Assembly (NCBI RefSeq): GCF_009914755.1
Contig: NC_060940.1
Length of the DNA stretch: 64,000 bases
Source of the DNA: the human T2T-CHM13v2.0 reference genome, Homo sapiens
Direction: 5' to 3' (one strand)
This document shows positions 35,119-54,985 of this stretch, in pieces (position 1 is the first letter of the stretch; the number at the start of each line of letters is the position of its first letter). Both the position numbers and the translations under genes were made by a program. The notes beneath the pieces were generated by a model. That model was given only the letters and a program-made list of their open reading frames with translations, did no database searches and was not told where the DNA came from.

Positions 35119-35712
35119 GGACAGGCATGGTAGCTCACATCTATAATCCCAGCACTATGGGAGACCAAGGCAGGAGGATCACTTGAGGCTCAGAGTTCAA
35201 GATCAGCCTGGGCAACACAGTAAGACCCTATCTCTACAAAAAAATAAAAAATTATCCAGATGTGGTGGTTCATGCCTGTAGTCCCAACTACTTGTGAAGC
35301 TGAGGTGGGAGGATCCCTTGAGTCCAGGAGGTCGAGGCTGTAGTGAACCATGATTGCTGCACTCCAGCCTGGGTGGCAGAGCGAGGCCCTGCCTCTATAA
35401 AATCAAATTTTAGGCCGGGGGCAGTGGCTCACGCCTGTAATCCCAGTATTTCGGGAGGCCAAGGCAGGTGGATCACCTGAGGCCAGCGTTCAAGACCAGC
35501 CTGGCCAACATTGTGAAACCCCGTCTTTACTAATAATACAAAACTTAGCCAGGCGTGGTGGCACATGCCTATAATCCCAGCTAGTCAGGAGGCTGAGGCA
35601 GGAGAGTTGCTGTAATCTGGGAGGTGGAGGTTGCAGTGGGCCGAGATCATGCCACTATACTCCAGCCTGGGTGACACTCCAGCAAGACTCCATCTCAAAA
35701 AATAAAAAAAAT
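35119..35712 (+). mobile_element. Two tandem Alus (35119-35400, 35413-35712)
   Basis: The second is flanked by aaaatcaaatttta copies. Confidence 0.88.
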
Positions 35713-36097
35713 CAAATTTTAAAAATATATAATACTTATTAAAGATCTGCTACATGCCAGGCATTCCGGTAAACATGTTTCTGGGTTTAAACCCATTAAT
35801 TCTCACAATAACCCAGTGAGGTAGAGACTTTCATTATCCCCATTTGATAAAGGATGAAAACTGAGGCACACAGAGGTTAAAGAGCTTACCCAAAGCCACA
35901 CAGCCAGTAAGTGGCAGACTCAGGAGTGAAATGTAGCCAGCCCGGCCCTGTCACTGCTATGTTAAACCACTAATCCATGTTGGTCCTCTAAGTCAATCCT
36001 ACTGAAATGTTTGTTACACATATTCACGCATTAAACCTACTAGCCTGGGTATGGAGTATGGGACATGATTCCAGGTCACTTTACAAAAGTGTAACTC

Positions 36098-36386
36098 TTT
36101 TTTTTTTGAGACAGAGTCTCGCTGTCACCCAGGCTGGAGTGCAGTGGTGCCATCTCAGCTCACTGCAACCTTCACCTCCTGGGTTCAAGCAATCCTCGTG
36201 TCTCAGCCTCCTGAGTAGCTGAGACTACAGGTATGCACCACCACACCCGGCTAATTTTTGTGTTTCTAGTAGAGACAGGGTTTCGCCATGTTGGCCAGGC
36301 TGGTCTCGAACTCCTGACCTCAAGTGATCTGCCTGCCTCAACCTCACAAAGTGCTAGGATTACAGGCTTGAGCAACCGCACCTGAA
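36098..36386 (-). mobile_element. Alu
   Basis: Flanked by caaaagtgtaa(c/t)tctttt. Confidence 0.9.
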
Positions 36387-36525
36387 CCAAAAGTGTAATT
36401 CTTTTGCTTATAGATTTTGTCATTCTATTGCTTTGCAGACATTTCATCCAGTTCCCTGCATAAGGAGGCCTCTTGATGTCAGGGACCCTGCCCAAAACAT
36501 TAATTACTATGTCAGCAATGGCTCA

Positions 36526-36720
<195 letters not shown>

Positions 36721-37037
36721 TTAAATACAGATTGAAATTAGAGTTGAAACTGTCACACTACTTACTGCCTTCATTCTTTGTTATAGCAACTTCTCATATA
36801 AATCTATTCCCTAGTCCCACTAATGTGGTCTCTATAAAGAATCCTATAAAATGATACTCAACTTCAATAAAAATCCAATAAAGTCTAAAAAACATAAGTA
36901 AATCACTTTTCACCCATCAGATTGTCAAAAATAAAATGAAGTGCTAATACTTAATGCTGGGCACATTCATTTTTCCGTGGGACTGTCAAACTGTGCACTA
37001 TTAGCAGAGCAATCTGGTAATATCGACAAAAAATGTA

Positions 37038-37343
37038 GGTTAGGCGAGGTGTGGTGGCTCATACCTGTAATCCCAGCATTTTGGGAGGTCGAGGCAGGCA
37101 AATCACTTGAGGTCAGGAGCTCAAGACTGGCCTGGCCAACATGGTGAAACCCCATCTCTACTAAAAATACAAAAATTAGTCAGTCGTGGTGGCATGAGCC
37201 TGTCATCCCAGCTACTTAGGAGGCTGAGACAGAAGGATCACCAGAGCCCAGGAGGCTGAGGTTGTAGTGAGTCGAGAGCATGCCACTGCACTCCAGCCTG
37301 GGTGATGGGAGTACAACCCTGTCTCAGAAAAAAACAAAAAAAA
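37038..37343 (+). mobile_element. Alu
   Basis: Sense, full-length. Confidence 0.88.
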
Positions 37344-37408
37344 TGTATGTGTACCTACCCCTTTTTTGGTTTGGTGCTATTTCTAAGTTTTTACTAAACT
37401 TTATATTT

Positions 37409-38837
37409 GACATAGTTTGGATGTGTACCCCACCCAAATCTTATTGAAATGTAATCCCCAGTGTTGGAGGTGGGGCCCAGTGAGAGGTGATTGGATCATG
37501 GGGGCAGATTTCTCATGAATGGTTAAATACAATCCCCTTGGTACTGTCCTCACAATAGTGCGTGCGTTCTCTCGAGATCTTGTTGTTTAAATGCATGTAG
37601 CACCTCCCCCATCACGCTCTTGCTCCTGTGTCGGCCAAGTAAGATGTGTCTGCTCCCCCTTCGCCTTCCGCCATGATTGTAAGTTTCCTGAGGCCTTCCC
37701 AGAAGCTGGGCAGATGCCAGCATCATGCTTCCTGTACAGTCGGCAGAGCCATGAGCCAATCAATCCTCTTTTCTTGTCTCTTTTTTTTTTTTTTTTTTTC
37801 AGAGTCTTGTTCTGTTGCTCAAGCTGGAATACAGTGGTGTGATCTCCACTCACTGCAACCTCCACCTCCCAGGCTCAAGTAATTCTCGTGCCTGAGCCTC
37901 CTGAGTAGCTGGGATTACATGCATGCAGCACCAAGCCAGGCTAATTTTTTTTTATTTTTATTGTAGACAAGGTTTCACTATCTTGGCCTGGCTGGTCTCA
38001 AACTCCTGGCCTCAAGTGATTCGCCCACCTCGGCCTCCCAAAGTGCTGGGATTACAGATGTGAGCCACTGTGCCTGGCAGTGTTTGTTTGTTTGTTTGTT
38101 TAGACGGAGTCTCGCTCTATCACCCAGGCTGGAGTGCAGGGCACGATCTCGGCTCACTGCAAGCTCTGCCCCCTGGGTTCACGCCGTTCTCCTACCTCAG
38201 CCTCCCGAGTAGCTGGGACTACATGTGCCCACCACCACGCCCGGCTAATTTTTTGTATTTTTTAGTAGAGACGGGGTTTCACCCTCTTAGCCAGGACGGT
38301 CTCAATCTCCTGACCTCGTGATCTGCCCGCCTCGGCCTCCCAAACTGCTGGGATTGCAGGCATGAGCCACTGCACCTGGCCCTTTTTATTTTATTTTTTT
38401 TAATTTAACTTTTATTTTAAGTTCAGGGGTACATGGCAGGTTTGTTATATAGGTAAGCTTGTGTCATGGAGGTTTGTTGTACAAATTATTTAATCACCCA
38501 GGTATTAAGCCTAGTACCCATTAGTTATTTTTGCTGATCTTCTCCCTCCTCCCACCTTTCACTCTCCAATAGGCCCCAGTATCTGCTGTTCCATTCTATG
38601 TGACAACGTGTTCTCATCATTTAGCTCCCACTTATAAGTAAGAACATGCGGTATTTGGTTTTCTGTTTCTGCATTAGTTTGCTAAGGATGATGGCCTCCA
38701 GCTCCATCCATGTCCCTGCAAAGAACACGATCTCATTCTTTTTTATGGCCACATAGTATTCCATGTAAACCTCCTTTCTTTATAAATTACCCAGTCTCAG
38801 GTATTTCTTTATAGCAATGCAAGAATTGCCTAACACA
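37409..38837 (+). mobile_element. MSTA-type MaLR LTR containing an antisense L1PA 3' end (38382-38765) and two antisense Alus (37780-38077, 38082-38381)
   Basis: MST motifs resume after the insert (aaacctcctttctttataaattacccagtctcagg). Confidence 0.8.
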
Positions 38838-39189
<352 letters not shown>

Positions 39190-39456
39190 TCAACATCCTG
39201 GGTGGAGACTAGCAATGAGGGGACTTAGGGGACTTTGGGTTGCCTTGGAGAAAGTGCCATTTCTCATCTAGAACGAATACACTTTGTCAAGACTTGGGAT
39301 TTTATTAGAAGGCCTGCCCATGGGCCCAGATAATCCATCAGGCTCTACAAACAGCTATGCCTCACTGGGTCCCGGCTCACCCAGAGAGCAAGCCTCTCAG
39401 CCTATGTAGCTCCCCTTTCTAGTCTCATCTTCAGAATTAGAGTCACAGTCTAAGCC

Positions 39457-39620
39457 AGCAGTTCTTCAACCCTGGCTGTACCTAAGAGTCACCTGGGACA
39501 CCCAGAGCCAGCCCCTAAAGATTCTGACTCAGTCGGGCTGGGCTGGATACCATGGATTGGTCCCTCTTGGAATCTCCCCAGGTGATTCTAATGTGCAGCT
39601 GAGGCTGAAGGCAACCACTC
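39457..39620. mobile_element. MER5-type relic
   Basis: cagttcttcaaccctggctg...ccccaggtgattctaatgtgcagc. Confidence 0.6.
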
Positions 39621-40356
39621 TAAGACAGTTAACTTTTAGAAAGCAATATGCATAGCGGAGTGAATGGCATTTTCCATTTTGTATTTTCTAAAGAAGAGTG
39701 TGTATATGCTCTTGTGTTTTTAGTAGAGACAGGGTTTCGCCATGTTGGCGAGGCTTGTTATATAGGTATTTTTATACCTATATAAAACTTGTTATATAGA
39801 TATTCAGGATATTTCTGAAAGGATGCAGAAGAGATTGGGGACAGCAATTGCCTCTGAAGAGGGAGGCTAGGGAACTAGAAGTCTGGGGTGGGAGGGAGAC
39901 TTGCTTCTCATCCTATTACCTTTGGTGCGATTGGGATTTGTTAACCAGGAGCATGTATTACTTGCTTTATTAAACATTTCCAGTATTTAAAAAAAGAGTA
40001 TACAGAATAATACAACAAAACACCCATGTCCTCACAACCCAACTTAAGAAATAAAACATCACAATATAAATAATAAGTCCCTCCTTCACTCTTTGCCTTC
40101 CTCCTTCCCCAGAAGTAACTGTCACTCTGAATTTGGCATTCACTTTTACACTTCTCTTACATATAAACTTGGCTTACATTTGCTTTAAATTAATTCAGCT
40201 ACTATTTATTTATTTACTTTGTATCCTACTATAGATATTCTTTTGCAATCTGGGTTTTTTTTTAACTCTACACTGTGTTTTTGAGATTTCACAGTGTTGA
40301 TGCAAGACTTTTTCAATTTCAGAAGTTGATTTTTTTAAGATTAGATAGATATATGG

Positions 40357-40605
40357 ATGTTCTCACTGATATGTGGGAGCTAAACTATGAGGACCCAAAG
40401 GCATAAGAATGATACAATGGGCTTTGGGGACTTGGATGGAAGAGTGGGAGGGGCCAAGGGATAAAAGACTACAAATATGTTGCAGTGTATACTGTTCAGG
40501 TGATGGGTGCACCAAAATCTCACAAATCACCACTAAAGAACTTACTCATGTAACCAAACACCACCTGTACCCCAATACCTTATGGAAAAATAAAAATAAT
40601 AATAA
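40357..40605 (+). mobile_element. L1PB-like 3' end
   Basis: atgttctcactgatatgtgggagctaa...ggtgatgggtgcaccaaaatctcacaaatcaccactaaagaactta. Confidence 0.8.
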
Positions 40606-40671
40606 ACATCTAAACATAAGAAAAACAAGGAAGGAAAAAAAATAGATGGATATATAACATTTGTGCATCAG

Positions 40672-41002
<331 letters not shown>

Positions 41003-42005
41003 TTATAACTATATATTCAGACATCCAGAATATGATTTTACTGTGACTGGACTTCAGAATGTGCTGCGTGTGATCCTAGGTGAAGTTGTGTGTGTTCAGG
41101 CCCTGCTGAGCATGTGTGACCATGTGCACCTTGTGCCTGCAAGTGCAGGTATGAGAGTGTGTGGATGTGCTTTGTGGGGGATCTGATTGTCATTCAGCAA
41201 ACATTCACTCCTTTCCTGCCCTCCACCTCCATGGAAGGAGACTCCTTCCTGCCCCATTAAAGTTGGTCTTGGTCATGTAACTTACTTTGGCCATTGGAGT
41301 GTGGCAGAAGTGACAGCGTGCCAACTTCCAACCTAGGACTTAAGGAGAATTGTACTTATCCCTTCCCTTTTTTGGTAGTTTCATACCTTCATGGTAAGAA
41401 AAACAAGTTCTAGAGCAGGGCTGCCCCAGCGACCCACAAATCAGGCAGCAAGGAACATATGCGAATTGTTCTATGCCCTTGAGATTGTGTGGCTTTGTTA
41501 TGCAGCACAAATGACTAATTCATGCTTATTTTGCATGCCCCTTGGTCTAGACTGTCTAACTTCTGGAGCCTTACTCCTAGAAAAGCGTCATGCCCAAATG
41601 TAATGATCAATAAAGACTTGTTATTGGATTAAATGTGCTTGCACATGTGATTGCATACACTGGACATACATGTGCATGTGCATAGGGCACCAGCCAGTGT
41701 GAGAGCCAGAACAGACGTGCGTGTGAGATGCACACTAATAGCAGAGTGGTAGCTAAGTAATATCTGTCTGCACACATCTGCCTGGGGGGCCACACAAAAG
41801 GGCCTGAGTTCATTTAGCTGTGGACTCACTCCCTTTTCCAGAACCTTGCACATCCTGGAATGGAGCTGGAAACATCTTAGCCCTTGGAGGCAGGGAGGAA
41901 GCTTCCAGAACCATAGACAGCAGTAAACCCAATGCTGTATAACTGACCACACTTTCTCTCCCCTTCAAACTCCTTCAGCCTTCTTAAGATGGAGCACAAC
42001 ATTAC

Positions 42006-42099
42006 CTTTGTGGCTATAGAGCTTAATTCATCTCCTGAGAAAAGTACTAGAAAGGGTCCCAAGTCCTTCGTGGTCTCGGCTGTCCAGTGCTGAGGGAGT
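42006..42099 (-). CDS. OTOA: Otoancorin exon 20 (94 nt; LPQHWTAET...SIATK)
   Basis: Acceptor ttttag|A, donor AAG|gtaatg. Confidence 0.96.
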
Positions 42100-42819
42100 C
42101 TAAAAAGAGATAATAACCAGTAAAGTGAAAAAACATGCTGTGGTGGACATCTGTTGCCTTTTCCCCCAGCACCCTTTTCTTTCAGGAATAGATTGTCTTA
42201 TACTCATGTCAATCACATGGTCCCACTTCCTTGACCAAGAAAATTGGCATGTGATGCAGGCTGACCAATCAGAGTCATCCCTGGGAGTTTTGATGGAACT
42301 ATCAGAGAAGCTCTCCTTTCTCTGGTATCTCTGGCAGTAGGGGAGGATATTGGAGGACATTCATATTACCAAGTGGAAAAAGTAAAGACCACACCAAGGA
42401 ACACAGAGCTGAGGGATGGGAGGAACATATTCCTGAAGATATCATTTGAGACACGGGATTCAGCCATGCCTGAAGACCACCAGTGGAGTTTCCCGTTACA
42501 TTCCATTCCTGAATTCAATACATTCCCGTTCTCTTTAGTTTGAATTAAATTATTGAATTTCTGCCATTTACATCACAGTGTGTCCTTCTTCTCCCTCCTC
42601 AATAGAAGAGTAATTATATATTTCTTCCTTTTACTTTACCATAACAGTCTTCTCTTAGAATAAGAAAAAACCTTTCTCTTGAACTTGGCAGGATAAAATA
42701 AAGGCACTGACCCAGAATCCACTGTTATTCTTGTATAGATCATAAATGCCTACAGTGAAGAGCATTACACTATCTTTGGCGACATCTCTAAAGGAGGTCT
42801 GCCCAATTAGCAGTGACAG

Positions 42820-43590
42820 CTGGTGGGAATGCAAAATCATACAGCCACTTTGGAAGACATTTTGTTGGTTTCTTACAAAAGCAAACATGTTTTTGCCATA
42901 TAACCCAGCAAACACACTCTTTGGTATTTACACAAAGGAGTTGAAAACTTACGTCTACATGAAAACCTGTATATGGATGTTGATAGCAGCTTTATCCATA
43001 ATTGCCAAAACTTGGAAGCAACCAAATGTCCTTCTGTAGGTGAATGGCTAAATAAACTGTGGTTCATTAAGACAATGAAATATGATTCAGCACTAAAAAG
43101 AAATGAGCTATCAAGCCAAAAAAAGACCTGGAGAAAACTTAAGTGCATATTACTAAGTGAAAGAAGTCTATCTGAAAAGGCTATCTACTGTATGATTCCA
43201 AATATATGATATTCTAGAAAAGGCAAAAGTATCAGTGGTTGCCAGGAATTAGGAGTGAGAGAGGAATGAACAGGCAAAGCCCGGAAGGATTTTTAGGGCA
43301 GTGAAAATACTCCGTATGATACTATAATGGTGAATACATGTTATTATATACTTGTCTGAACCCATAGAATGTAAAGCACCAAGAGTGAATCCTAATGTAA
43401 AATATGGACTATGGATGATAATGAGAATCCAATGACGATAATGTCAACATAGGTTCATCAGTTCTAACAAATGTACAACTTTGGTGGGGGATATTGATCA
43501 TGGGGAGCTTATGCGTGTACGGGGTCAGAGAGATATGGGAAATCTCTATCTTCTCCATTTTTCTGAGAACCTAAAACTAGTATTAAAAAT
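42820..43590 (+). mobile_element. L1MC-like 3' fragment
   Basis: ORF2-end and 3'UTR motifs (gctggtgggaatgcaaaat, ttggaagcaaccaaatgtcc); translation includes IAKTWKQPN. Confidence 0.8.
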
Positions 43591-43599
43591 AGTCTCTAG

Positions 43600-44404
<805 letters not shown>

Positions 44405-44503
44405 CTAAGCCAGAGACTCTGTTTGCAGGGCAGGAGAGCCAAGGTTGAGTGTCCCTCCACAGAGCATACCACACCACCAAAAGCCAAACCCAGCCGCTCC
44501 TCA

Positions 44504-45092
<589 letters not shown>

Positions 45093-45619
45093 TTAAAGAT
45101 TCCAGGATCTTAACTGCCTACCCTGCCATGGATTCCTAGAGATGGAACAGGACCTGATCTTCCCCAGGGATGCAGGCCTCAGAAATCTGGAAAACCCTGG
45201 CTTGGCACACCAGGAGCACTCAGTAATTGAGCGCTGCTGTCACTGTTATTGCTCTGAGAATATTCCAGACTTCAACCACCATTATACTATTGGCACCACA
45301 ACAATGAAAACAGCACTTCAAAGTTTGTATGCCACTTGAAAGCCTTCAAAGCTCTTTTGCACTTTCACAAAATGACAAAAATAGTTCACATTTATTGTGT
45401 GTTTCCTATGTGCGGGCACCGTCCTGAGTATCTGTGGGTCTCAATCTAGTCATCTTCAAAGTAACTGTAAGAAGTAAGTACTACTATTATCCATTTTTTA
45501 AAGAAAAAGAAACTGCCAGCTAGTGGCAAGGCTAGGATTCACACCCAGACAATCTGGCCTTTGAGCCTTTACATTAAATAATACATTGCCCATGTCATGT
45601 TTTCAATACTCTATGAGGA

Positions 45620-45953
<334 letters not shown>

Positions 45954-46181
45954 TTACAGATGAGAAGACTGAGGCTCAGGGAGGAAAGGTGATTCACCCA
46001 AAGCCACATAACCAATCACTGGCACCCAGTCTCTGGGTACTGTGCTCTTTCCATTCCTCCAGAGTAGCCTCCCCTCCTTTGGGCCGTGGGGCAGAAGTCT
46101 CCAGAACCAATGGAAAAGATTGTTCCAACCAGCAACTTTAGAGTAAGCTTCAAGACCCACCAGTCAGACTTCTGGCCATCA

Positions 46182-46745
<564 letters not shown>

Positions 46746-47139
46746 CCCCAGAGCATTGATCAGAGAATGGGTTCTCGTAAATAGACATGTTGATTGATGG
46801 ACTGGTTGAGGGGAGATGAAAAAGAAAGGAAAAAGTAGATGAAAAAAGAGACAACGAGGAGAGAGAATAACTAGAAAGTGAGAAAGAAAGATAAGAAAAA
46901 GAGTGGAAAGAGAAATTCTGTCATCTCCAGTCCAGAACTCTGCCTTCCACTCTTGATCCTTCAGCTCTTGACAATGTATTCTCAACAGGGTCAAAGTCAC
47001 CCTCAAGAAGGAGAAACTGGTTTGGATGGAGATAAAAAAGACTGTTATGACAACGATCTGTAACCCACTGAAGCTCATTCCTACTCAAAATATTTTTCCT
47101 CAGTGTATAATTTCTTTCATTCAGGAGAAATTAAAATTT

Positions 47140-48828
<1,689 letters not shown>

Positions 48829-49956
48829 GTCCTAACAGAGGTGTGTAACAGCACCTGGCTTTCTTGGAAAGCACCTAGTTTTTCTTGGAGAACCATCTCC
48901 CTCACTCTAAGTCCTTGTGGTTTCTCTCCAGCTCCAGGGGTGCAATACAGATTGAAGTCAGTCAAAGTTACCCATCCTCCCAACCTCACTGATTGGTTCA
49001 AGGAAAACAAATTCGCCCAATTAAGGTCAATGAGAGTCAAACCCAAGATGTGTATTGAGAATGATGGGAAGAGAACATTTTTCTATTTTCCCTGAATATG
49101 AAACTGGGAAAATTTAACCTTAGATCTTCCAGGGTTCCCACAGAGGAACAACTTGCCTGATAGTGAAGCCAACAGAGAAAAGCTGGGACAAGAGACAAAT
49201 GACATCATTTGCACCCCTAGATCGAGCCATGCCTGAAGTCCCTCTCTGAACTTTCCAGTTACCTGAACAAAAAATTCCCTTTTATTGCATAAGCCAGTTT
49301 CAGTTTCAGTTCTGTTGCTTTCAACCAAATATCAACCTGATATAATTGGCTTCATGTTTGTCTATTCCCTCTCCCACCATGAGATTATAAGGTCTTATAA
49401 ATTAATAGGAATTTCTAAATCTTCAGATAGAAAATTTAGCTATCTGAGAACTAGCACACAGCAAGTACTCAATGAACTTTTTTTTTTTTTTGAATGAACG
49501 AAGACAATAAGAGCAAAAAAAGGTAGAGGGAAATAAAGAAGGAGAGAAGGAGAGAAACAATGTCCAGATCATGTTTGAAAAGCAGGGCCACCCTGCAGGC
49601 CCAAAAGCTCACACATGCCAGGAGAAACGCCTACTGCTCCCCTCAACTCTGATTCCCCTGGAGCCTGGCACAGCCGCAAAGCCAGGCCAGATGGGACCTG
49701 CCTCACTGACACTCATTCAGGCTTGGGTTGCTTTGGCTTGGTTTTTAGATAACAGGAAAAGCAAGAAGGTCTGTCTCAAATGTCTGTGTGATACTCAGAA
49801 TTGAAATCCTGGATCTCAAGGGCTTAACTCTCTAAGGCATCCTCCACTCTGCCTCTGGTTCCTGAAGAAAACCCAGTGGGGAGAGAATCATTTTGACTTC
49901 AGTGATTCCCACCGATCTCACTGATGAGCCAGAAGGTGGGGGCTGATGTTCACTTA

Positions 49957-50112
<156 letters not shown>

Positions 50113-50498
50113 CTAAGTGCTTCATACGTGTTCATTTATGCAATAGAGCACCCTATGATGTAAGTACCACTACTGTGCCCAGTTTATGGATGAGAACGCT
50201 GAGGTAATAACAAACATGAACACGGACATTTAAGTGTGAGAATGCTCATCGCAATTTTGCTTATATCTGCAAGAAAGGGAGATATAATTTTAATGTTCCT
50301 CAGCAGGGGATTGGTTAAGTAAATTATGGTATATACATACAATGGAATAGTGCACCTACTTTGTTTTAATAAGGTAGATTTATATATATATTAACACTAA
50401 ATGATGTCTGTGCTATTTTATGCATGTGCATATATATAGTTATATTATATATAATGTAAAAACCACAAATGGGCTCATATTGTACACACAATTCTGTT

Positions 50499-50586
50499 AA
50501 ACTATATATATAGCTTAACTATACATATAGTTATATATAGCTTAACTATACATATAGTTATATATAGCTTAACTATATATATAGTT
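50499..50586. repeat. AT-rich 27-bp quasi-palindromic tandem repeat
   Basis: tatatagcttaactatacatatagtta, about 3 copies. Confidence 0.85.
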
Positions 50587-50654
50587 TTATACATATATAT
50601 ATCTTAGCTATATATATAAACAGAACAGCATGTATAGTATGAGCTCACTTGTGT

Positions 50655-51342
<688 letters not shown>

Positions 51343-51399
51343 TAAAAGAAAACTCTCAAAAGTAATAGCAAACTGTTCTTTATAGTTACCTCTGAAACA

Positions 51400-51609
51400 C
51401 AGTTGCTCACCTCAGTATTATTGACATTTTCGACCAGGTACCTCTGTGTAGTGGTGCTGTCCTACGCATTGTAGGATGTTGAGCTCCACCCCTGGCCTCT
51501 ACCCACTAGAGGCCAGTAGCTCTGCTCCGGTTGTGACAACCAAAAATGTTTGCAGACATGGCCAAAAGTCCCCTAAGAGGGCAAAACAGTACTCTGTTGA
51601 GAACAACTG
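51400..51609. mobile_element. MER20 (hAT-Charlie)
   Basis: gcattgtaggatgtt...cctggcctctacccactaga...gttgtgacaaccaaaaatgt...ttgagaacaactg. Confidence 0.85.
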
Positions 51610-51652
51610 CTCTGGGGAAAATTTGGGGAAATTTTACTTTCTCTGTATTGGT

Positions 51653-51656
<4 letters not shown>

Positions 51657-51701
<45 letters not shown>
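51657..51701. repeat. (TG)n microsatellite
   Basis: Seen directly. Confidence 0.95.
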
Positions 51702-51705
<4 letters not shown>

Positions 51706-51722
51706 ATTATGTGTTTTCAGAA

Positions 51723-52037
51723 TGGGCGTGGTGGCTCATGCCTGTAATCCCAGCACTTTAGGAGGCTGAGGCTGGTGGATCACTGGAGGTCAGGAGTTCA
51801 AGACCAGCCTGGCCAACATGATGAAACCCCGTCCCTACTAAAAATACAAAAATTAGCCAGGTGTGGTGGTGCGCACCTAGAATCCCAGTTAGACAGGAGA
51901 CTGAGGCAGGAGAATCACTTGAACCCAGGGGCGGAGGTTGCAGTGAGATTGAACCACTGCATTCCAGCCTGGGCAACAGAGCAAGGTCCTGTCTCAATAA
52001 TAATAATAATGATAATAATAATAATAATAATAATAAT
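51723..52037 (+). mobile_element. Alu with (TAA)n tail
   Basis: TSD-like taatXatgtgttt on both sides. Confidence 0.9.
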
Positions 52038-52243
52038 GTGTTTTAGTAAAAATATAAACGAGAAAGGCAAATTTTCTAATTAACTGGTATTTGAAGGCTC
52101 TGAGAGCTGGAAGCCTAGGAAAGCACCTTCACTGGGGCAACTCTTCCTGCTCGAACATGTAGGTCTTCCTCAAAGCAGGTCTAGCTTCCATCCATTTGCT
52201 CAGTTATTGGCTTGCCCACCTGGGCAGGTCTTTTAATATAGTT

Positions 52244-52395
52244 CAGTGGTTTGTACCAGCAAACTGATTAGAAATGCAAAGTATTAGGCCTCACCCCTTA
52301 CCTACTATATGTAAAACTCTGGGAGTGGGGCCCCCAATTTGTGTTTTTACAGCCTTCCACACAATGCTGATGCAAGCTCAACTTTGAGAATCACT
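52244..52395. mobile_element. MER5A-type relic
   Basis: ttagaaatgcaaa...gagtggggccc...tgctgatgcaagctcaactttgagaatcact. Confidence 0.6.
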
Positions 52396-52678
52396 AACAG
52401 AATTAACAGTCCAAGGGAATGAGAGAGCTTCATTAAAACTTTGCATATTCCTGTAATGATCTTGAAGGATTATACACCAAGCACTCTATGCTTCCTGGTT
52501 TTCTGGGAGATAATTTACTCTTTGGAAATTCTTCATTCTGGTCTGAAACACAAGGCCAGAGTTGAGAAGGTGCTTTTTAATATCCATTACAGGAGTCTGT
52601 AAGCCAGCGGTTCACACCAAAAGTTCAAATGCTGTAAGGCCTGTGTTTACTAGCTTAGACACTGAAAAATCAGTCACT

Positions 52679-52984
<306 letters not shown>

Positions 52985-53318
52985 TTACTGCTTCTAGTCT
53001 CCCCAAAGGTTAAATAGCCTCCATAACCTTTTAGAAAATGAAGTTTTAAGTGAGAAAGAAAATGTTCTCAGAGTACTGTTTGCATTCACAGCTACTCCTG
53101 GAAAGTGTTGGAATATTAGCTGAAGGAGTACCTTCCATCCCACGGGAACATAATTATGAACACACAAAATACTGTCCCTTATGAATATATTTTAAGGCTT
53201 AAATTTGAGTATGGAATAACCAATCTGTTGATTCTTTGGCTGTAGTGATGTGGGTATTTGGAGCTGTTTAAAAAGAAACTGGAAAAAACCTGGCTCAATC
53301 TTTGGCCCTAAGTCATCA

Positions 53319-53627
<309 letters not shown>

Positions 53628-53742
53628 TCAGATACAAGCTACAGATGTGACTGCCTAACTCTCCCACCTGGAAAAGTAGGCTGCTCTGGCAGAAGGCTCT
53701 GAAAGGCCTGTTCAGCACCCAGGCCGAGTTACATTTTCCTAC

Positions 53743-53801
53743 CTCAAAAGCTCCTCAGGCCTTCTGGTGGTCTTTAACAGAAGCTCATACAGGAACAGAG
53801 C
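53743..53801 (-). CDS. OTOA: Otoancorin exon 15 (59 nt; ALFLYELLLKTTRRPEELL)
   Basis: Acceptor ttgcag|GCT, donor AG|gtagga; phase 2 end matches the next exon. Confidence 0.95.
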
Positions 53802-54677
53802 CTGCAAGAAGAGAATGATCGTTAGCACTGATGGCACACTCAGCGTGTGCCCAACACTGTGAGGCCCTATCAGGAAGGCATTCCACAATCCCATTTTACA
53901 GATGGGGAAATGGAGGCTTAACAGGCTATGTGAGTTACCTAGGACTAGACCATTGCTAAGTGGCAGTGCCTGGATTTGAACCAGTGTCAAGGTAATTCCA
54001 GAGCCCCACTCTCACACTCCAGATGATTCTCTACACCCCATGAGGCAGATGAGAGGCAAAGACATTGGTGGCAGGGCTGGAGTTTTACTTCCTGTGCTTT
54101 AGGAAGCTGCTGACCAGTTGAGAACTCCCTGTGTCTCCTATTCACATGTGCACCTGCCAGGTTCTGAACACCAGGCATCCCAGAATAAACCAGGATGGGC
54201 TAGAAAGCACCAGCAATAAAGTACCTGCAGCTAGCAGCATGCACTGTCTTCAAACCACCCCCCAATGAGCACTCTAGAACAATGCCTAGTAGACAGGGGA
54301 GTCATTTGTTTTAAGGAACATAATTTTACAGAATCCCTAACTTGCAGACGCAATCAAGTACTACATTTGTCTATTTTATAGACTCTGAAACTTTGAGTAT
54401 CATTCCCCAGACAGAATAAATTATGAGCTAGCATTAGACATGGTAGCTGAGAGCCAAAAAGCAGCACAAAAGCCCAGGCAAAAGGAATGGACGATGGAGG
54501 AAAGTTCTGGACACTGTTTGTGGCCCCAGAGATTTTCCTGGGCTCAGGGTCAAATTCTGGGACCCTCCCATGGTCTTCCCCATCTCAGGAAACAGCAATC
54601 CCATCAGCTCAATGGCCGAGACAAAAGTATCTTGAAGTCTTCGGTGGCAGAATGTATTTTCCAAAATAAAACTATTG

Positions 54678-54985
54678 GCTGGGTGCCCTGGTTCACGCCT
54701 GTAATCCCAGGACTTTGGGAGGCCAAGGCGGGCAGATCACTTGAGGTCAAGAGTTCGACACCAGCCTGGCCAACATGGTGAAACCCTGTCTCTATAAAAA
54801 ATACAAAAATTAGCCGGGCATGATGGTGTGTGCCTGTAATCCCAGCTACTTCAGGAGGTGGAGCCATGAGGATTGCTTGAACTCAGGAGGAGGAGGTTAC
54901 AGTGAGCCAAGATTGTGCCACTGCACCCCAGCCTGGGTGACCGAGAGAGACTCTGTCTCAAAAAATAAAACAGAATAAAATAAAA
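54678..54985 (+). mobile_element. Alu
   Basis: Sense, full-length. Confidence 0.9.
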
